Source: Chloroflexota bacterium
GTDB taxonomy: Bacteria > Chloroflexota > Dehalococcoidia > SHYB01
Reading direction: 5' to 3'
Length of the DNA: 64,000 nt
Assembly: GCA_016875535.1 (NCBI GenBank)
Contig: VGPF01000002.1
Location: forward strand, 73,856-137,855
The position numbers and the translations under genes were made by a program. Positions within the stretch are counted from its first letter, which is position 1. The number at the start of each line of letters is the position of its first letter. Of the stretch, positions 7,153-17,630 are shown one piece after another. The notes under the pieces were generated by a model, which saw only the letters and a list, made by a program, of their open reading frames with translations, searched no databases and was not told where the DNA came from.

Positions 7153-9639
7153 CTATGCGCCCGGCCTCGCCGAGCCGTTTTCCTTTGCCTGCTCGCTCTG
7201 ACCTGTCGCCCCTGCCGCCTTGGCCGCTGCAGCCTGCGCCTTCGCGAACTCCTCCAGACGCTTCTCCACCAAATGATTGATGGTGCCTTCCGGGAAGTTG
7301 CCCTGCCCATCGCGCTCGCCAAAGGGAAGACCAGTCAAGAGCTCAACCCCCTCGGCGATTGTGCCGACGGCATAGATGTGGAACTGGCCTTGCGCCGCCG
7401 CCTCCACCAAATCCTCCCGCAACATCAAGTTGCGAACGTTCTGCTTGGGAATCATCACGCCCTGCTTGCCTGTGAGGCCGATAGCCTTGCAGACGTCAAA
7501 GTGCCCCTCTACCTTCTGGTTCACGCCGCCGATGGGCTGGACCTCCCCCTTTTGGTTCACGGAGCCGGTGACGGCGATGCCCTGCTTGAGCGGAACGCCG
7601 GAGAGGCTTGAGAGGATGGCGTAGATCTCCGTGGAAGAGGCGCTATCGCCGTCAATCCCCTCATACGATTGCTCAAAGCTCACCGTGGCAGAGATGGAGA
7701 GGGGGCGCTTCTGGGCATACATCCATCCCAGGTAGCCGCTGATCGTCAGCAGCCCCTTATCGAACGTCTTGCCGCTCATCTTAGCTTCCCGGTCTATGCT
7801 GATGACACCGCCGCGCCCAAGGAAGGTCTTTGCCGTGATGCGGCTGGGCTTGCCGAAGGAAACATCGCCCAGGTCAAAGACGGCCAGCCCGTTCACCTGG
7901 CCCACCTCGCTGTTCGTCACATCCACCATCAGCGTCCCTTCCTGGATCAGTTCCTGGATGCGCTCAGACACCAGGTTGGATCGGAAGATCTTCTGCTCCA
8001 GCGCCTTCTGGACGTGCGCAGCCTTCACCACGTCCGCGTTGTCCTTGCGCGCCCAGAAATCGGCCTCGATCAGCACATCCAGCAGGAGGCCGAAGCGCGT
8101 CGAAAGTTTGGTCTGGTCGGAGACGATGCGCGCCGCATACTCCACCACCTTCGCCACTCCCGAGGAATCAAGGTGCTTCAACTTGTTCTTCTCGCAGGCG
8201 CTGCAGATAAAACCGGCGTAGGCATCTAAGTTGTTCAGCGTGCGCGGGATCTGGTAGTCAAAGTCCGCCCTGACCTTGAAGGTCTCCCAAAAGTCTTCGT
8301 CGTACGCGGCAAGCAGGTGATAGAGCGAGGCATCCCCCGTCACCACTACCTTCACCTCAAGGGGCATCGGCTCCGGGCGGAGGGTCTGCGGCGCGATGAG
8401 CCCCATCGCATCCATGGGGTCCTCCAAGCGCACCTCCTTATTCTTCACCACGCGCTTGAAGGCCTCCCACACCAGCGGCGCCATCAGCACCTGGCGCATG
8501 TTGAGCACCAGGTAGCCGCCGTTCGCCTGGTGGAAGGCCCCCGGCTTGATAAGCGTGTGGTCGGTCACATAGGCGCCCATCAGGAACTTGCGGTCTATCC
8601 TGCCGAAGAGGTTGGCGTATGTGGGGTTGCTCTCTGAGACAATCGGCGGCCCCTTGGAGGCAGAGTTATCCACAAAGACGTTGACCACGAAGGGGACGAG
8701 CAGCTCCCGCTCCCGGGCGGCTCGCGCCGCCTCCAGCATGGGCGAGGAGGGCTGGCCGTCCTGCCCATCGCGGATGACGTCCATGTGGGAAAGGACGAAC
8801 TCCCGCAGGCGTTTGAGAAAGTCGCCCACCTCTTCATACTGGCCGAACTCCTTCTCCACCTCTTTGAAGGAGCCTGAAGTGGAAAACTCCGCCACCTTCC
8901 GGTCAAGCTCTTCCAGCCTGGCTCCCGCATCGCGCTCCACCTGCTGGGCGCCCTCCAGCGTCTGCTGCACAAGCCCGCTCAACGACCTGCGTCGCTCGTC
9001 CAGGGCGCGCTTCAGTTCGTCCGGGAACTGGGCGAACTCCTCTGGAGTCGCGGGGCGCCCCTCCTTCGTCATCGGCACCAGCGCGATGCCCATCGGCGTC
9101 AGCTGAACGGTGAAGCCCTTCGCCCGCGCCTCCCGGTCAAGCTCCTGAAAGAGGCGGCGCTGGTTCGTCTGCCCGCCCTCAAGCGTCGCCCGCCGCTCCG
9201 CCTGGTACTCCTCGCTGGAGAAGGCGGCGGCGGCGTGCTTCCGCAGGTCGTCTTCCAACTGCTCGAGCTTTGCCTTGAACTCGCGGCCCTTGCCCGCAGG
9301 CAGCTTCACGATGTTCGGCTTGTCAGTGTCTGCAAAGTTGAAGAGGTAGCACCAGTCCGGAGGAGAAGCCGCCGTCCCTGCCGCAATCTTCTTGGCCACC
9401 ACGTCCTCTAAGTGCTGCTTCACGATGGTGGACTTGCCCGTCCCCCCCAGGCCGGTGACAAAGATGTTGTACCCGGGCTGCTCCACCCCCAACCCGAACT
9501 CGATGGCGCCGATCGCCCGCACCTGCCCCACGAACTCCTGCAGCGGCACCAGCTCGTCCGTGCAGCGGAAGGAAAAGGCCTTCTGGTCGCAGCGCCACCG
9601 CAGCTTGTCAGGCGTCAGCTCCAGGTGGTGACCTTCCAT
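7153..9639 (-). CDS. Lon-like ATP-dependent protease (AAA+ ATPase plus C-terminal Lon S16 protease domain; COG1067 type)
   Basis: Walker A VTGLGGTGKST; C-terminal Lon protease fold with …GIDGDSASSTE… catalytic Ser context and …KVEGHFDVCKAIG…; AAAGGAG SD. Confidence 0.85.
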   Translation of the reverse strand: MEGHHLELTPDKLRWRCDQKAFSFRCTDELVPLQEFVGQVRAIGAIEFGLGVEQPGYNIFVTGLGGTGKSTIVKQHLEDVVAKKIAAGTAASPPDWCYLFNFADTDKPNIVKLPAGKGREFKAKLEQLEDDLRKHAAAAFSSEEYQAERRATLEGGQTNQRRLFQELDREARAKGFTVQLTPMGIALVPMTKEGRPATPEEFAQFPDELKRALDERRRSLSGLVQQTLEGAQQVERDAGARLEELDRKVAEFSTSGSFKEVEKEFGQYEEVGDFLKRLREFVLSHMDVIRDGQDGQPSSPMLEAARAARERELLVPFVVNVFVDNSASKGPPIVSESNPTYANLFGRIDRKFLMGAYVTDHTLIKPGAFHQANGGYLVLNMRQVLMAPLVWEAFKRVVKNKEVRLEDPMDAMGLIAPQTLRPEPMPLEVKVVVTGDASLYHLLAAYDEDFWETFKVRADFDYQIPRTLNNLDAYAGFICSACEKNKLKHLDSSGVAKVVEYAARIVSDQTKLSTRFGLLLDVLIEADFWARKDNADVVKAAHVQKALEQKIFRSNLVSERIQELIQEGTLMVDVTNSEVGQVNGLAVFDLGDVSFGKPSRITAKTFLGRGGVISIDREAKMSGKTFDKGLLTISGYLGWMYAQKRPLSISATVSFEQSYEGIDGDSASSTEIYAILSSLSGVPLKQGIAVTGSVNQKGEVQPIGGVNQKVEGHFDVCKAIGLTGKQGVMIPKQNVRNLMLREDLVEAAAQGQFHIYAVGTIAEGVELLTGLPFGERDGQGNFPEGTINHLVEKRLEEFAKAQAAAAKAAGATGQSEQAKENGSARPGA

Positions 9640-9771
9640 AGCGCTCCTTTCGGCGGCCGCCGAAGGCGGGGGCCTTGCCGTCAGTCAATCATAGTTACGC
9701 CTTATACCTGTTGCAAGGGAAATAGCCGTGTGCCACAATGGGTCGCCCCAGGCTTCTATCAGGAGAAAACG

Positions 9772-12192
9772 ATGCCGAAGATCTGCGAAGGTTTGACGGT
9801 GCTGGATGTCAGCCAGGGCATGGCCGGCAGCCTTGCCACCATGGTGCTGGCCGATGCCGGGGCAGAGGTCATCAAGCTCGAACCGCCATCCGGCGATAGC
9901 TTCCGCTCCCACCCCGCCTCTATCATGTGGAACCGCGGCAAGAAGAGCGCCATCCTGGATCTAAAGACATCCCAAGGCAAAACTGCTTTCCAATCCCTGG
10001 CCAAGACCGCCGATGTCGTTGTCTATAGCGGCATGCCGGACGGCGATGCTCGCCTGGGCATAGACTATGCCGCCCTCTCCAAGACCAACCCCGGCCTGGT
10101 CTACTGCAAGATCACCGGCTTCGGTCCCCTCAAAAGCCTCGCCCACCTCAAGGGCTATGACGCCATCGTCAACGCCAAGACGGGCCGCATCCACTCCTTC
10201 GATAAGCAGCTCCCCAAGGACGGCCCCCGCTACGCCGCCGTCATGTGCGGCAGCTATGGCGCCGCCATGCACGCCATCCAGGGCGTCATGGCCGCCCTTT
10301 ACGCCCGCGATAAGTACGGGAAGGGCCAGAAGGTGGAGACCAGCATCACCCAGGGACTCTTCGCCTACGATTGGGGCTGGCTCGGCTGGCAGACGGCGCG
10401 CCGCTCCGCGCTGCCGCCCGCCTTCGTTACCGGCTCTCCCACGCCCCAATACTTCGTCGGCCGCACCAAAGATGGTGTCTGGCTCCAGGGCTCCAACTCC
10501 ATGTCTCATCTCTTTGTAAACTTCCTGGTGGGCATGGAGCTTTCGGAAGTCCTGGCCGAAGAGCGCTACCTGAAACTGCCGAATATCCCTCCCGGCAAGG
10601 ACATGGAAGAGCTCTACGAAAAGATGCACGCCCGCATGCAGGAGAAGACCGCCGATGAGTGGATGGATATCTTTGTGAACAAGGTGGACGCCGCCTGCGA
10701 GCCCTTCCGCACCACCCAGCAGGCCCTCGATCACCCACAGGTCATCCACAACGGGAACGTCATCGAGCTCTTCGACCCAGCCGTCGGCAAGACGCGCCAA
10801 CTCGGCCCCATCGTCAAAGCCGCCGATACCCCCCTGGAGCCACAGGGCCCCAGCCCTGCCCTGGGCCAGCACACCCAGCAGGTGCTGGACTCCATCAAGG
10901 CGCGCAAGCCTAAGGTCTTCGCCAACGGCAGAAAGATGGCCAAACGCCCCTTGGAAGGCGTCACCATCGTCGAATTCGCCACCTGGTTCGCCGCGCCCTT
11001 CGGCACCGCCCTCCTGGGCGAGCTCGGCGCGCGCATCATCAAGTTCGAATCCCTGGACGGCGATTCCTTCCGCCGCTGGGCCAACACTGCCACCAAGCCC
11101 ATGCAGGGCAAGAACAGCATCGCCGTGGACCTCAAACAGCCCGAAGGACAGAAGATCGCCCATACCTTCATCAAGAAAGCCGATATCCTGATGCACAACT
11201 TCCGCCCCGGCGTCACGCCGCGCCTGGGCATTGACTATGAGACGTGCAAGAACCTCAACCCGCGCCTCGTCTACCTCTACGCCGGCTCCTACGGCTCCAC
11301 CGGCCCCATGGCCCACCGCCCCGCCATGCACCCCATCCCCGGCGCCATCTGCGGCGGCGCGCTCTACCAGGCGGGCCAGGGCATGCCGCCCCCGCGCGAT
11401 AAGAAACTCGTCTATAAAGAGCTCCGCGAGATGAGCAGCGCTCTCTTCCAGGCGAACGAAGGCAACCCGGACGTCTCATCCGCCCTCGGCGTCGCCACGG
11501 GTCTCCTCCTGGGCCTCTACGCCCGCGAAAAGACCGGCAAAGGCCAGTACCTGGAGACCACCATGATCGGCTCCTGCCTCTACGCAGAGGCCGATGACGC
11601 GATCCAGTATGCCGGCAAGCCCGAGCGCGCTCTGGCCGATCCGCAGCTCAACGGCCTCAACGCCCTCTACCGCTTCTACAAGGCCTCCCAGGGCTGGGTC
11701 TTCCTCGCATGCCCCACGGAGAAGGAGTGGCATGACCTCTGCGAAGCCATCGGCAAAACGGCCCTGGCCAAGGACCCGCGCTTCGCCGCCAAAGAGGCCC
11801 GCCGTAAGCATGACGCCGACCTCGTCAAAGAGCTGACGCCCATCTTCGCCCAGCGCACCGCCGCACAGTGGGAGGTCATGCTCGCCGAGCATGGCGTCGC
11901 CTGCGCCGAGGCGCGCGACAAGGACTTCGCCGATTTCTCAAATACCGATCCGGAGATGCGCAGCGCCGGCCTGTGGGTGGAGACCAAGCACCCATCCCTG
12001 GACGTCTATCATCGCTACTCCGCGCCCATGACCTTCTCCGACCAGGAGACGGTCCACGGCCCCACCATTTACGTCGGCGAGCACACGCAGCAGCTCCTCA
12101 AGGAGGTCGGCTACAGCGATCAGCAGATGAACGACCTCAAGCAGCGCAAGGTCGTCACCTGGTCCACCCGCGAAGCCGACGACGAGGCATAG
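9772..12192 (+). CDS. tandem-duplicated family III CoA-transferase (two CaiB/BaiF domains fused)
   Basis: N-terminal domain MPKICEGLTVLDVSQGMAGSLATMVLADAGAEVIKLEPP and second copy LEGVTIVEFATWFAAPFGTALLGELGARIIKFESL; supplied ORF start 9412 overlaps the Lon-like gene, true start taken at ATG 9772 with AGGAGA SD. Confidence 0.85.
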   Translation: MPKICEGLTVLDVSQGMAGSLATMVLADAGAEVIKLEPPSGDSFRSHPASIMWNRGKKSAILDLKTSQGKTAFQSLAKTADVVVYSGMPDGDARLGIDYAALSKTNPGLVYCKITGFGPLKSLAHLKGYDAIVNAKTGRIHSFDKQLPKDGPRYAAVMCGSYGAAMHAIQGVMAALYARDKYGKGQKVETSITQGLFAYDWGWLGWQTARRSALPPAFVTGSPTPQYFVGRTKDGVWLQGSNSMSHLFVNFLVGMELSEVLAEERYLKLPNIPPGKDMEELYEKMHARMQEKTADEWMDIFVNKVDAACEPFRTTQQALDHPQVIHNGNVIELFDPAVGKTRQLGPIVKAADTPLEPQGPSPALGQHTQQVLDSIKARKPKVFANGRKMAKRPLEGVTIVEFATWFAAPFGTALLGELGARIIKFESLDGDSFRRWANTATKPMQGKNSIAVDLKQPEGQKIAHTFIKKADILMHNFRPGVTPRLGIDYETCKNLNPRLVYLYAGSYGSTGPMAHRPAMHPIPGAICGGALYQAGQGMPPPRDKKLVYKELREMSSALFQANEGNPDVSSALGVATGLLLGLYAREKTGKGQYLETTMIGSCLYAEADDAIQYAGKPERALADPQLNGLNALYRFYKASQGWVFLACPTEKEWHDLCEAIGKTALAKDPRFAAKEARRKHDADLVKELTPIFAQRTAAQWEVMLAEHGVACAEARDKDFADFSNTDPEMRSAGLWVETKHPSLDVYHRYSAPMTFSDQETVHGPTIYVGEHTQQLLKEVGYSDQQMNDLKQRKVVTWSTREADDEA

Positions 12193-12209
12193 TGCTAGAA
12201 AGAGCCATC

Positions 12210-12863
12210 ATGGCCAGCTTCATCGTCCCGGAAAACATCGAAGGCTACGCCGCGCGCCACACCACGCCCGTCCCCAAGCTCCTCCAGGAGCTGACGGACG
12301 AGACCTTTCGAACGATGGAATCGCCCGCGATGCTCTCCGGCCAGCTGGAAGGGACGCTCCTCCAGTACCTCATCTCCCTCTCTAGCGCCAAGCGCGTCCT
12401 TGAGCTGGGGATGTTCACCGGCTTCAGCGCCCTGATGATGGCCGCCGCGCTGCCGCCGGACGGCAAGCTCATCACCTGCGACGTGAACCCCAAGGCCAGG
12501 GAGTTCGCAAGCCGCTACTTCAGCAGCAGCCCCCACGGGCATAAGATCGAGATCAGGCTCGGGCCCGCCCTTGAGACGATGAAGACCCTCCAAGGCCCCT
12601 TCGACTTCGTTTTCATAGACGCCGATAAGCCGAACTACATCAACTATTACGAGCGCGCCCTGGATCTCCTCTCGCCCAAGGGCATCATCGCAGTGGACAA
12701 CGTCCTCTGGAGCGGCCGTGTCCTTGACCCCAAGGACGAAAGCAGCAAGGCCATCGCCGCCTTTAACGACCATATCGCCAAAGACAAGCGCGTCCAGGTC
12801 GTCATGCTCACCATCCGCGATGGCCTCTCCCTCATCCGCCGCGCGCCTGCCGCCTCAGCCTAG
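12210..12863 (+). CDS. class I SAM-dependent O-methyltransferase (caffeoyl-CoA OMT family)
   Basis: …VLELGMFTGFSALMMAAALPPDGKLITCDVNP…FDFVFIDADKPNY… OMT family 3 motifs. Confidence 0.85.
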   Translation: MASFIVPENIEGYAARHTTPVPKLLQELTDETFRTMESPAMLSGQLEGTLLQYLISLSSAKRVLELGMFTGFSALMMAAALPPDGKLITCDVNPKAREFASRYFSSSPHGHKIEIRLGPALETMKTLQGPFDFVFIDADKPNYINYYERALDLLSPKGIIAVDNVLWSGRVLDPKDESSKAIAAFNDHIAKDKRVQVVMLTIRDGLSLIRRAPAASA

Positions 12864-13025
12864 CGCCGCTACCTCGGCTTGCGATGATGCACAAATAGTG
12901 CAGCACTTCGCTATCTCCCCTAGTACCCGCCCGCTAGAATTGCCCCCAGATTCAGGCGGAAATACAGGTTGCAGTGACCGTCGCTCCGATATAATGAGCC
13001 GAACACCTACGTATGGGAGAGACTG

Positions 13026-13958
13026 TTGTTCGAATTCCTACGCGGACAAATGAAACCCACCTACGAGCGTCACCCGGATAGAGAACTCCTCTTCATCCGC
13101 ATCTCGACTCTTTTTCTCGTCATCGCCCCCTTTGCCGGCGTCATCTGGGCCACCGTTTACTCCTTGAACAACGGCATCGGCGTCAAGGACCTAGGCATCC
13201 TCGCCGGCTTCTACCTCGCCACCGCCTTCGGCGTCACCGTCGGCTTCCACCGCATGCTCACCCACCGCAGCTTCGATGCCAACCCGGTGGTCAAAGCCAT
13301 CCTCCTCATCTTCGGCACCTGGTCCATCCAGGGTGCCGCCATCGGCTGGGCCGCCATCCACTCCAAGCACCACGCCAAGTCCGATGATGTCGGCGATCCG
13401 CACAGCCCCTATTGGAGCGAGTCCGGCAAAGTCGGCGGCTGGCGCGGCTTCTTCCACGCCCACATGGGCTGGATGCTCGGCGGCATCCGCGCCGACCCTG
13501 AGCGCTACGCCAAGGCCCAGATGCAAGACCCCGTCATCCGCTTCATCAGCAAAACGGCCTTCTGGTGGGCTGTGCTGGGCATGTTGCTCCCCTTCTTCAT
13601 CGGCGGCGTCAGCGGGTTCATCTGGGGCGGCCTCGTCCGCGTCTTCCTGGTGCATCACGTCACCTGGAGCGTCAACTCCATCTGCCACATCTGGGGCAGC
13701 CGTGATTACTCCACGGGCAAGGACCGCAGCACCAACAACCGGTTCGTCGCCCTCCTCTCCATGGGCGAAGGCTGGCACAACAACCACCACGCCTTCCCCC
13801 GCTCCGCCTACCACGGCCTCACCCGGTGGCAGGTGGACTTCTCCGCCTACCTCATCCGCGCCCTCCGCGCCGTCCGACTCATCAGCAACGTCTACGAAGT
13901 CCCCAAAGACGTCATCTCCGCCCGCAAGTCTCAGGCTATCAACCGCCGCGCCGCCTGA
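13026..13958 (+). CDS. acyl-CoA/acyl-lipid fatty acid desaturase (membrane, Delta-9 type)
   Basis: Three His boxes HRMLTHR / HSKHH / HNNHH and hydrophobic segments; start could be TTG 13026 or ATG 13050. Confidence 0.85.
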   Translation: MFEFLRGQMKPTYERHPDRELLFIRISTLFLVIAPFAGVIWATVYSLNNGIGVKDLGILAGFYLATAFGVTVGFHRMLTHRSFDANPVVKAILLIFGTWSIQGAAIGWAAIHSKHHAKSDDVGDPHSPYWSESGKVGGWRGFFHAHMGWMLGGIRADPERYAKAQMQDPVIRFISKTAFWWAVLGMLLPFFIGGVSGFIWGGLVRVFLVHHVTWSVNSICHIWGSRDYSTGKDRSTNNRFVALLSMGEGWHNNHHAFPRSAYHGLTRWQVDFSAYLIRALRAVRLISNVYEVPKDVISARKSQAINRRAA

Positions 13959-13985
13959 CACCCACAGATCCCCTCGAACAAAAAT

Positions 13986-14010
13986 GCCCCGAAGGATCGG
14001 GGCTCTTTCC
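13986..14010 (+). terminator. possible intrinsic terminator after desaturase gene
   Basis: GCCCCGA-agga-TCGGGGC followed by TCTTTCC. Confidence 0.35.
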
Positions 14011-14177
14011 GGATCGGATGCAATCAATCCGGGCTGATGTAGGGGCGTCCCAATCCCGTCGGGAAAGCGCGGTCCTTGCTGAAGGACTCTCGGTCTTACG
14101 AGTCCGGACCTATCGGACCGTATGCTGCATCGAAGCCGCACCGGAGCGCGCGCCCTCAAAATTCTGAATGGCGTAGC

Positions 14178-15254
14178 CTACCGAAACTTAAAGACCTTCA
14201 CTGCAATGAAGGCCGTCACGATGATCCACACGCCCAGGATCGCCATCTCCTGTGGGAAATCCCATAGCGGCCTGGCGTCCGTTGCGATACCCCGCATCCC
14301 CTCCAAGAGCGGCGAAAGCGGCAGGTACTGCACCAGCCAGCGCAGGAAGGCCGGCAGCGTATCCGTCGGGAAGAACGTCCCGGAAAGAAACATCATCGGC
14401 AGCGAGACCACGTTCCCCAATCCGCTCGCCGCGCTCACCGTCTTCGCGAACGCCCCCACGATGAACCCCAGGTTCAGAAAGACCAAGTTTCCAAAGACAA
14501 CAAAGACGAGGAGGTAGAAATAGTTGCCGTAGAAATGCGCGTCAAAGAGCAGCATCCCGGAGACCAGGATGATAGCCGCCTGGATGAGCGAAAGGACGAG
14601 GAACGAGACGATGACCGCCGCGAAGAACGTCTGGATCCTCAGCGGCGTCGCCAGCAGCCGCTTGAAGATCTTCTTCTCCCGCCACACGGCGAGGTTCGAT
14701 GCCAGCCCGATGATCGAATAGGTCATCACCCCAAGGCCGATGAACCCCGGCAAGAGGAAATCGAAATAGCCCGTCTGCCTGGACAGGATGCCCTGCGATT
14801 CCAGATTCAACAGCGGCTGCGCATCCGCAAGCTCCAGGTTCGCCCCGTCTACGAAGCGCCGCACCAGCCCGATGATGACGGCGGATACGGCGCTGCTCTC
14901 ATCGTAGATCAGCGTGATCTTCACCGGCCTCTTCGCCGCCACATCCTCCCCCAGTCCCTGGGGAAGGATGAGCAAGAACCGACGCTCCCCGTCCCGCAAG
15001 TCCTGCCTCGCCTTCGCCTCGTCGGCCGCCTCCTCCATCTTCAGCGTCTCGATGTCGTCCAAGCTCTTAACCAGGCTCTTGGAGAGTTGGTCCCGGGAAT
15101 AGTCCACCACCAAGACCTTCGTCGTCGGCGTCTCGTCCAGGTTGAAAAGGCCGAAGACCACCACGAAGATGAGCGGGAAGAGCAGGGCCCAAAAGATAGA
15201 CTGCCGGTTGCGGAAGAGCATCTTCAGGTTCGCGGCTACCAGGTAAAGTAGCAT
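14178..15254 (-). CDS. ABC-2 type transporter permease
   Basis: Six predicted TM helices, ABC-2 permease architecture, adjacent to ATPase. Confidence 0.85.
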   Translation of the reverse strand: MLLYLVAANLKMLFRNRQSIFWALLFPLIFVVVFGLFNLDETPTTKVLVVDYSRDQLSKSLVKSLDDIETLKMEEAADEAKARQDLRDGERRFLLILPQGLGEDVAAKRPVKITLIYDESSAVSAVIIGLVRRFVDGANLELADAQPLLNLESQGILSRQTGYFDFLLPGFIGLGVMTYSIIGLASNLAVWREKKIFKRLLATPLRIQTFFAAVIVSFLVLSLIQAAIILVSGMLLFDAHFYGNYFYLLVFVVFGNLVFLNLGFIVGAFAKTVSAASGLGNVVSLPMMFLSGTFFPTDTLPAFLRWLVQYLPLSPLLEGMRGIATDARPLWDFPQEMAILGVWIIVTAFIAVKVFKFR

Positions 15255-15255
15255 C

Positions 15256-16209
15256 TCAGTCCCTGAGCCCGCGCCCGGTGATCGTCAGAAAGACGTCTTC
15301 CAAGTTGCCGCGCACCACTTCCAAGTGGTCTATCCGCCGCCCGTTGGCGTTCGACCACGCCATCAGCGCCGGCAGCGTCCGCGCCGCGTCCGAAGAGGCG
15401 AGTGTCAATGCGCCGTCCGCCTCCGCCTGCACATTCATCACCGCCTCAAGACCCTTGAACAGCTCCGGCGGCTGGGCCTCGGCAAGCTTGATGCGCACCT
15501 TGTACGGCACCGGTAGCCCTTTGATCAGGCGCTCCGGCGTATCCAGCGCCACGATGCGCCCGCGGTCCATGATCGCCACGCGCTGGCACAGGAACTGCGC
15601 CTCTTCCATATAGTGCGTCGTCAGCACCACGGTGCGCCCCTCGCCGTGGATGCGCTGGATGAACTCCCACAGGTTCCGGCGCGCCTGCGGGTCAAGCCCC
15701 GTCGTCGGCTCATCTAGAAATATGACCTCAGGGTCGTTCACCAGCGCCGCCGCTATGGCGAAGCGGTGCTGCTGCCCCCCGGAAAGCTTCACCACCGGCG
15801 TCTCGATCTTCTCCGCCAGCCCCACCTTCTCCAGCAGCTCGGCGGGAGAGAGCCGCTTCGCGTACAGCCTGCCGAACAGCTCCAATATCTCTCGGAGCTT
15901 CAAGTAGTCGAAGTAGGCCGAAGCCTGCAGCTGAACGCCGATGCGCTCCTTCGCCTTCCACGGCTCCGCCGCCGTGTCTATGCCCAGGACGCGCGTCTTC
16001 CCCGCTGTCGGCTCCTGCAGCCCTTCGATGCACTCCAGTGCCGTCGTCTTCCCCGCGCCGTTCGGCCCCAGGATGCCGAACACCTCTCCGCGCCTCACGG
16101 CAAAGGAAACATCCTTCACCGCTTCCAGCGAGCCGAAGCGCTTCGTCAGCCCCTCAACAACGATGTCATGTTCCGCGTGCTGGGTCGCCATGGGAAAATC
16201 GCACTCCAT
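15256..16209 (-). CDS. ABC transporter ATP-binding protein
   Basis: Walker A GPNGAGKTT, signature LSGGQQHR, Walker B VIFLDEPTTGLD; start taken at MECDFPMATQ (ORF track N-extension unlikely). Confidence 0.85.
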   Translation of the reverse strand: MECDFPMATQHAEHDIVVEGLTKRFGSLEAVKDVSFAVRRGEVFGILGPNGAGKTTALECIEGLQEPTAGKTRVLGIDTAAEPWKAKERIGVQLQASAYFDYLKLREILELFGRLYAKRLSPAELLEKVGLAEKIETPVVKLSGGQQHRFAIAAALVNDPEVIFLDEPTTGLDPQARRNLWEFIQRIHGEGRTVVLTTHYMEEAQFLCQRVAIMDRGRIVALDTPERLIKGLPVPYKVRIKLAEAQPPELFKGLEAVMNVQAEADGALTLASSDAARTLPALMAWSNANGRRIDHLEVVRGNLEDVFLTITGRGLRD

Positions 16210-16240
16210 TGTAGCAATGACTCGCCCCGCGGATATGATC

Positions 16241-16322
16241 TCCCCCTCTCTCGCCCTAAGGAGCGGCGCTGCCTCATCGCCACGACGAACCGGCCTACAC
16301 TGTCTGAGTTGCCCCAGCAACT
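16241..16322 (+). repeat. ~82-bp dispersed repeat, copy 1
   Basis: ccccctctctcgccctaaggagcggcgctgcctcatcgccacgacgaaccggcctacactgtctgagttgccccagcaac; ~83% identical to 18811-18894, includes GTTGC-n5-GCAAC hairpin. Confidence 0.5.
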
Positions 16323-16336
16323 CCTACCCCTTCTAC

Positions 16337-16366
16337 TTGACTTACCAAAACCCCTCTCCCTATCAT
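16337..16366 (+). promoter_or_regulatory. sigma70-type promoter for amidohydrolase operon (TTGACT-18-TATCAT)
   Basis: TTGACT 16337-16342, TATCAT 16361-16366; TAAGGAG SD before ATG 16410. Confidence 0.4.
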
Positions 16367-16409
16367 TTGCCCCCATTCCACGGCCTGAGTCTCTCTCTAA
16401 GGAGATGTC

Positions 16410-17630
16410 ATGAACTACGGATTCAAAGCCGTTGATTCCGATGGCCACGTCTCAGAAGCCCTCATCAACTGGGAAAAGGAACTCCCCGAGCGCTATCGCA
16501 GTTTCGTCGTCCGCTCACCCAACATCTACCACCAGCGCGATGCCAAGGGTCGCCTCGTCACAGGCCAGCTCACACCCAAAGACGCCTCCTTCGTCAACTT
16601 CAAAGGCGTCCGCCGCAACCCCGGCCCCGGCCATCCCAAGACCCACTTCCACGGCCCCGCCAGTGACATCCTCTCCATGCGCAGCCCGGAGATCACCGGC
16701 ATGTGGGACCCCCACGCCCGCATCAAGGACATGGAGCGCGCCGGCACCTGGGCCGCCGTCCTCTTCCCATCCCACGCCATCGCCCTCCCCACCTGGGACA
16801 ACGCCGGTCTAGCCGTCGCCGCGGCAAAAGTCTACAACAACTGGCTCGCCTCCTATTGCAAACCCTACCCTGATCGTCTCTTCGGCCTCGCCGTCCTGCC
16901 CCTCCAGCACCCGGAGGCCGCCGCCGAAGAGCTCCGCCGTTGCGTCACCCAGCTCGGCTTCCCCGGAGCCTGCGTCACCTCCAACATCCGCAACATCCCC
17001 CTCAGCGACCCGATGTTCGATACCCTCTGGGCGGAGGCCTCCCGGCTCAAAGTGCCCATCGGCATCCACGCGGCAACCGGCTCCAAGGGCATCGAATCCG
17101 TCGGCCAGGACCGCTTCGATCGCTTCATCCACACCCACATGGTCTCCCACTCCTTCGAGCAGATCTGCGCCGTCAGCGCCTTCATCCTCGATGGCGTCCT
17201 CGATCGCTTTCCCGGCATGCAGGTCGTCTTCTGCGAAGGCCAGGCAAGCTGGCTCCCCTGGTGGCTCTACCGCATGGAGGAGCACATGGAGAAGCTCCGT
17301 CCCCAGGCATATTGCAATGAAGAAGACCCCGCCGAATACTTCCGAAATGGCCGCTGCTACATCACCTGCGAATCGGACGAGCCCGCGCCTCTCCTCAACG
17401 CCGTCGCCGAGTTGGTGGGAGATAGTTGCGTCTGCTACGCCTCCGATTACGCCCACTGGGACACCTCCTGGCCCAGGGATGTCGAGATGATCGCCACAAA
17501 CCCTAAGCTCTCCACCGCCTACAAGCAGAAGATCCTTGTGGACAACCCCACTCGCGCCTTCAAACTGCCCATCGGCGGGAAGAACGGGAGCGCCGCCAAA
17601 GCGAAGCCTCCCGCCAAGGCACGAGCATGA
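16410..17630 (+). CDS. amidohydrolase-2 family (TIM-barrel metal-dependent hydrolase/decarboxylase) protein
   Basis: DSDGHV… and …YASDYAHWD… PF04909-type motifs. Confidence 0.88.
   Translation: MNYGFKAVDSDGHVSEALINWEKELPERYRSFVVRSPNIYHQRDAKGRLVTGQLTPKDASFVNFKGVRRNPGPGHPKTHFHGPASDILSMRSPEITGMWDPHARIKDMERAGTWAAVLFPSHAIALPTWDNAGLAVAAAKVYNNWLASYCKPYPDRLFGLAVLPLQHPEAAAEELRRCVTQLGFPGACVTSNIRNIPLSDPMFDTLWAEASRLKVPIGIHAATGSKGIESVGQDRFDRFIHTHMVSHSFEQICAVSAFILDGVLDRFPGMQVVFCEGQASWLPWWLYRMEEHMEKLRPQAYCNEEDPAEYFRNGRCYITCESDEPAPLLNAVAELVGDSCVCYASDYAHWDTSWPRDVEMIATNPKLSTAYKQKILVDNPTRAFKLPIGGKNGSAAKAKPPAKARA

Noticed and set aside
9412-9771. N-terminal 120-codon extension of the CoA-transferase ORF
   Set aside because: Overlaps the 5' end of the convergent/divergent Lon-like gene and translates to Pro/Arg/Gln low-complexity sequence; a good SD and ATG at 9772 precede the conserved CaiB/BaiF N-terminus.
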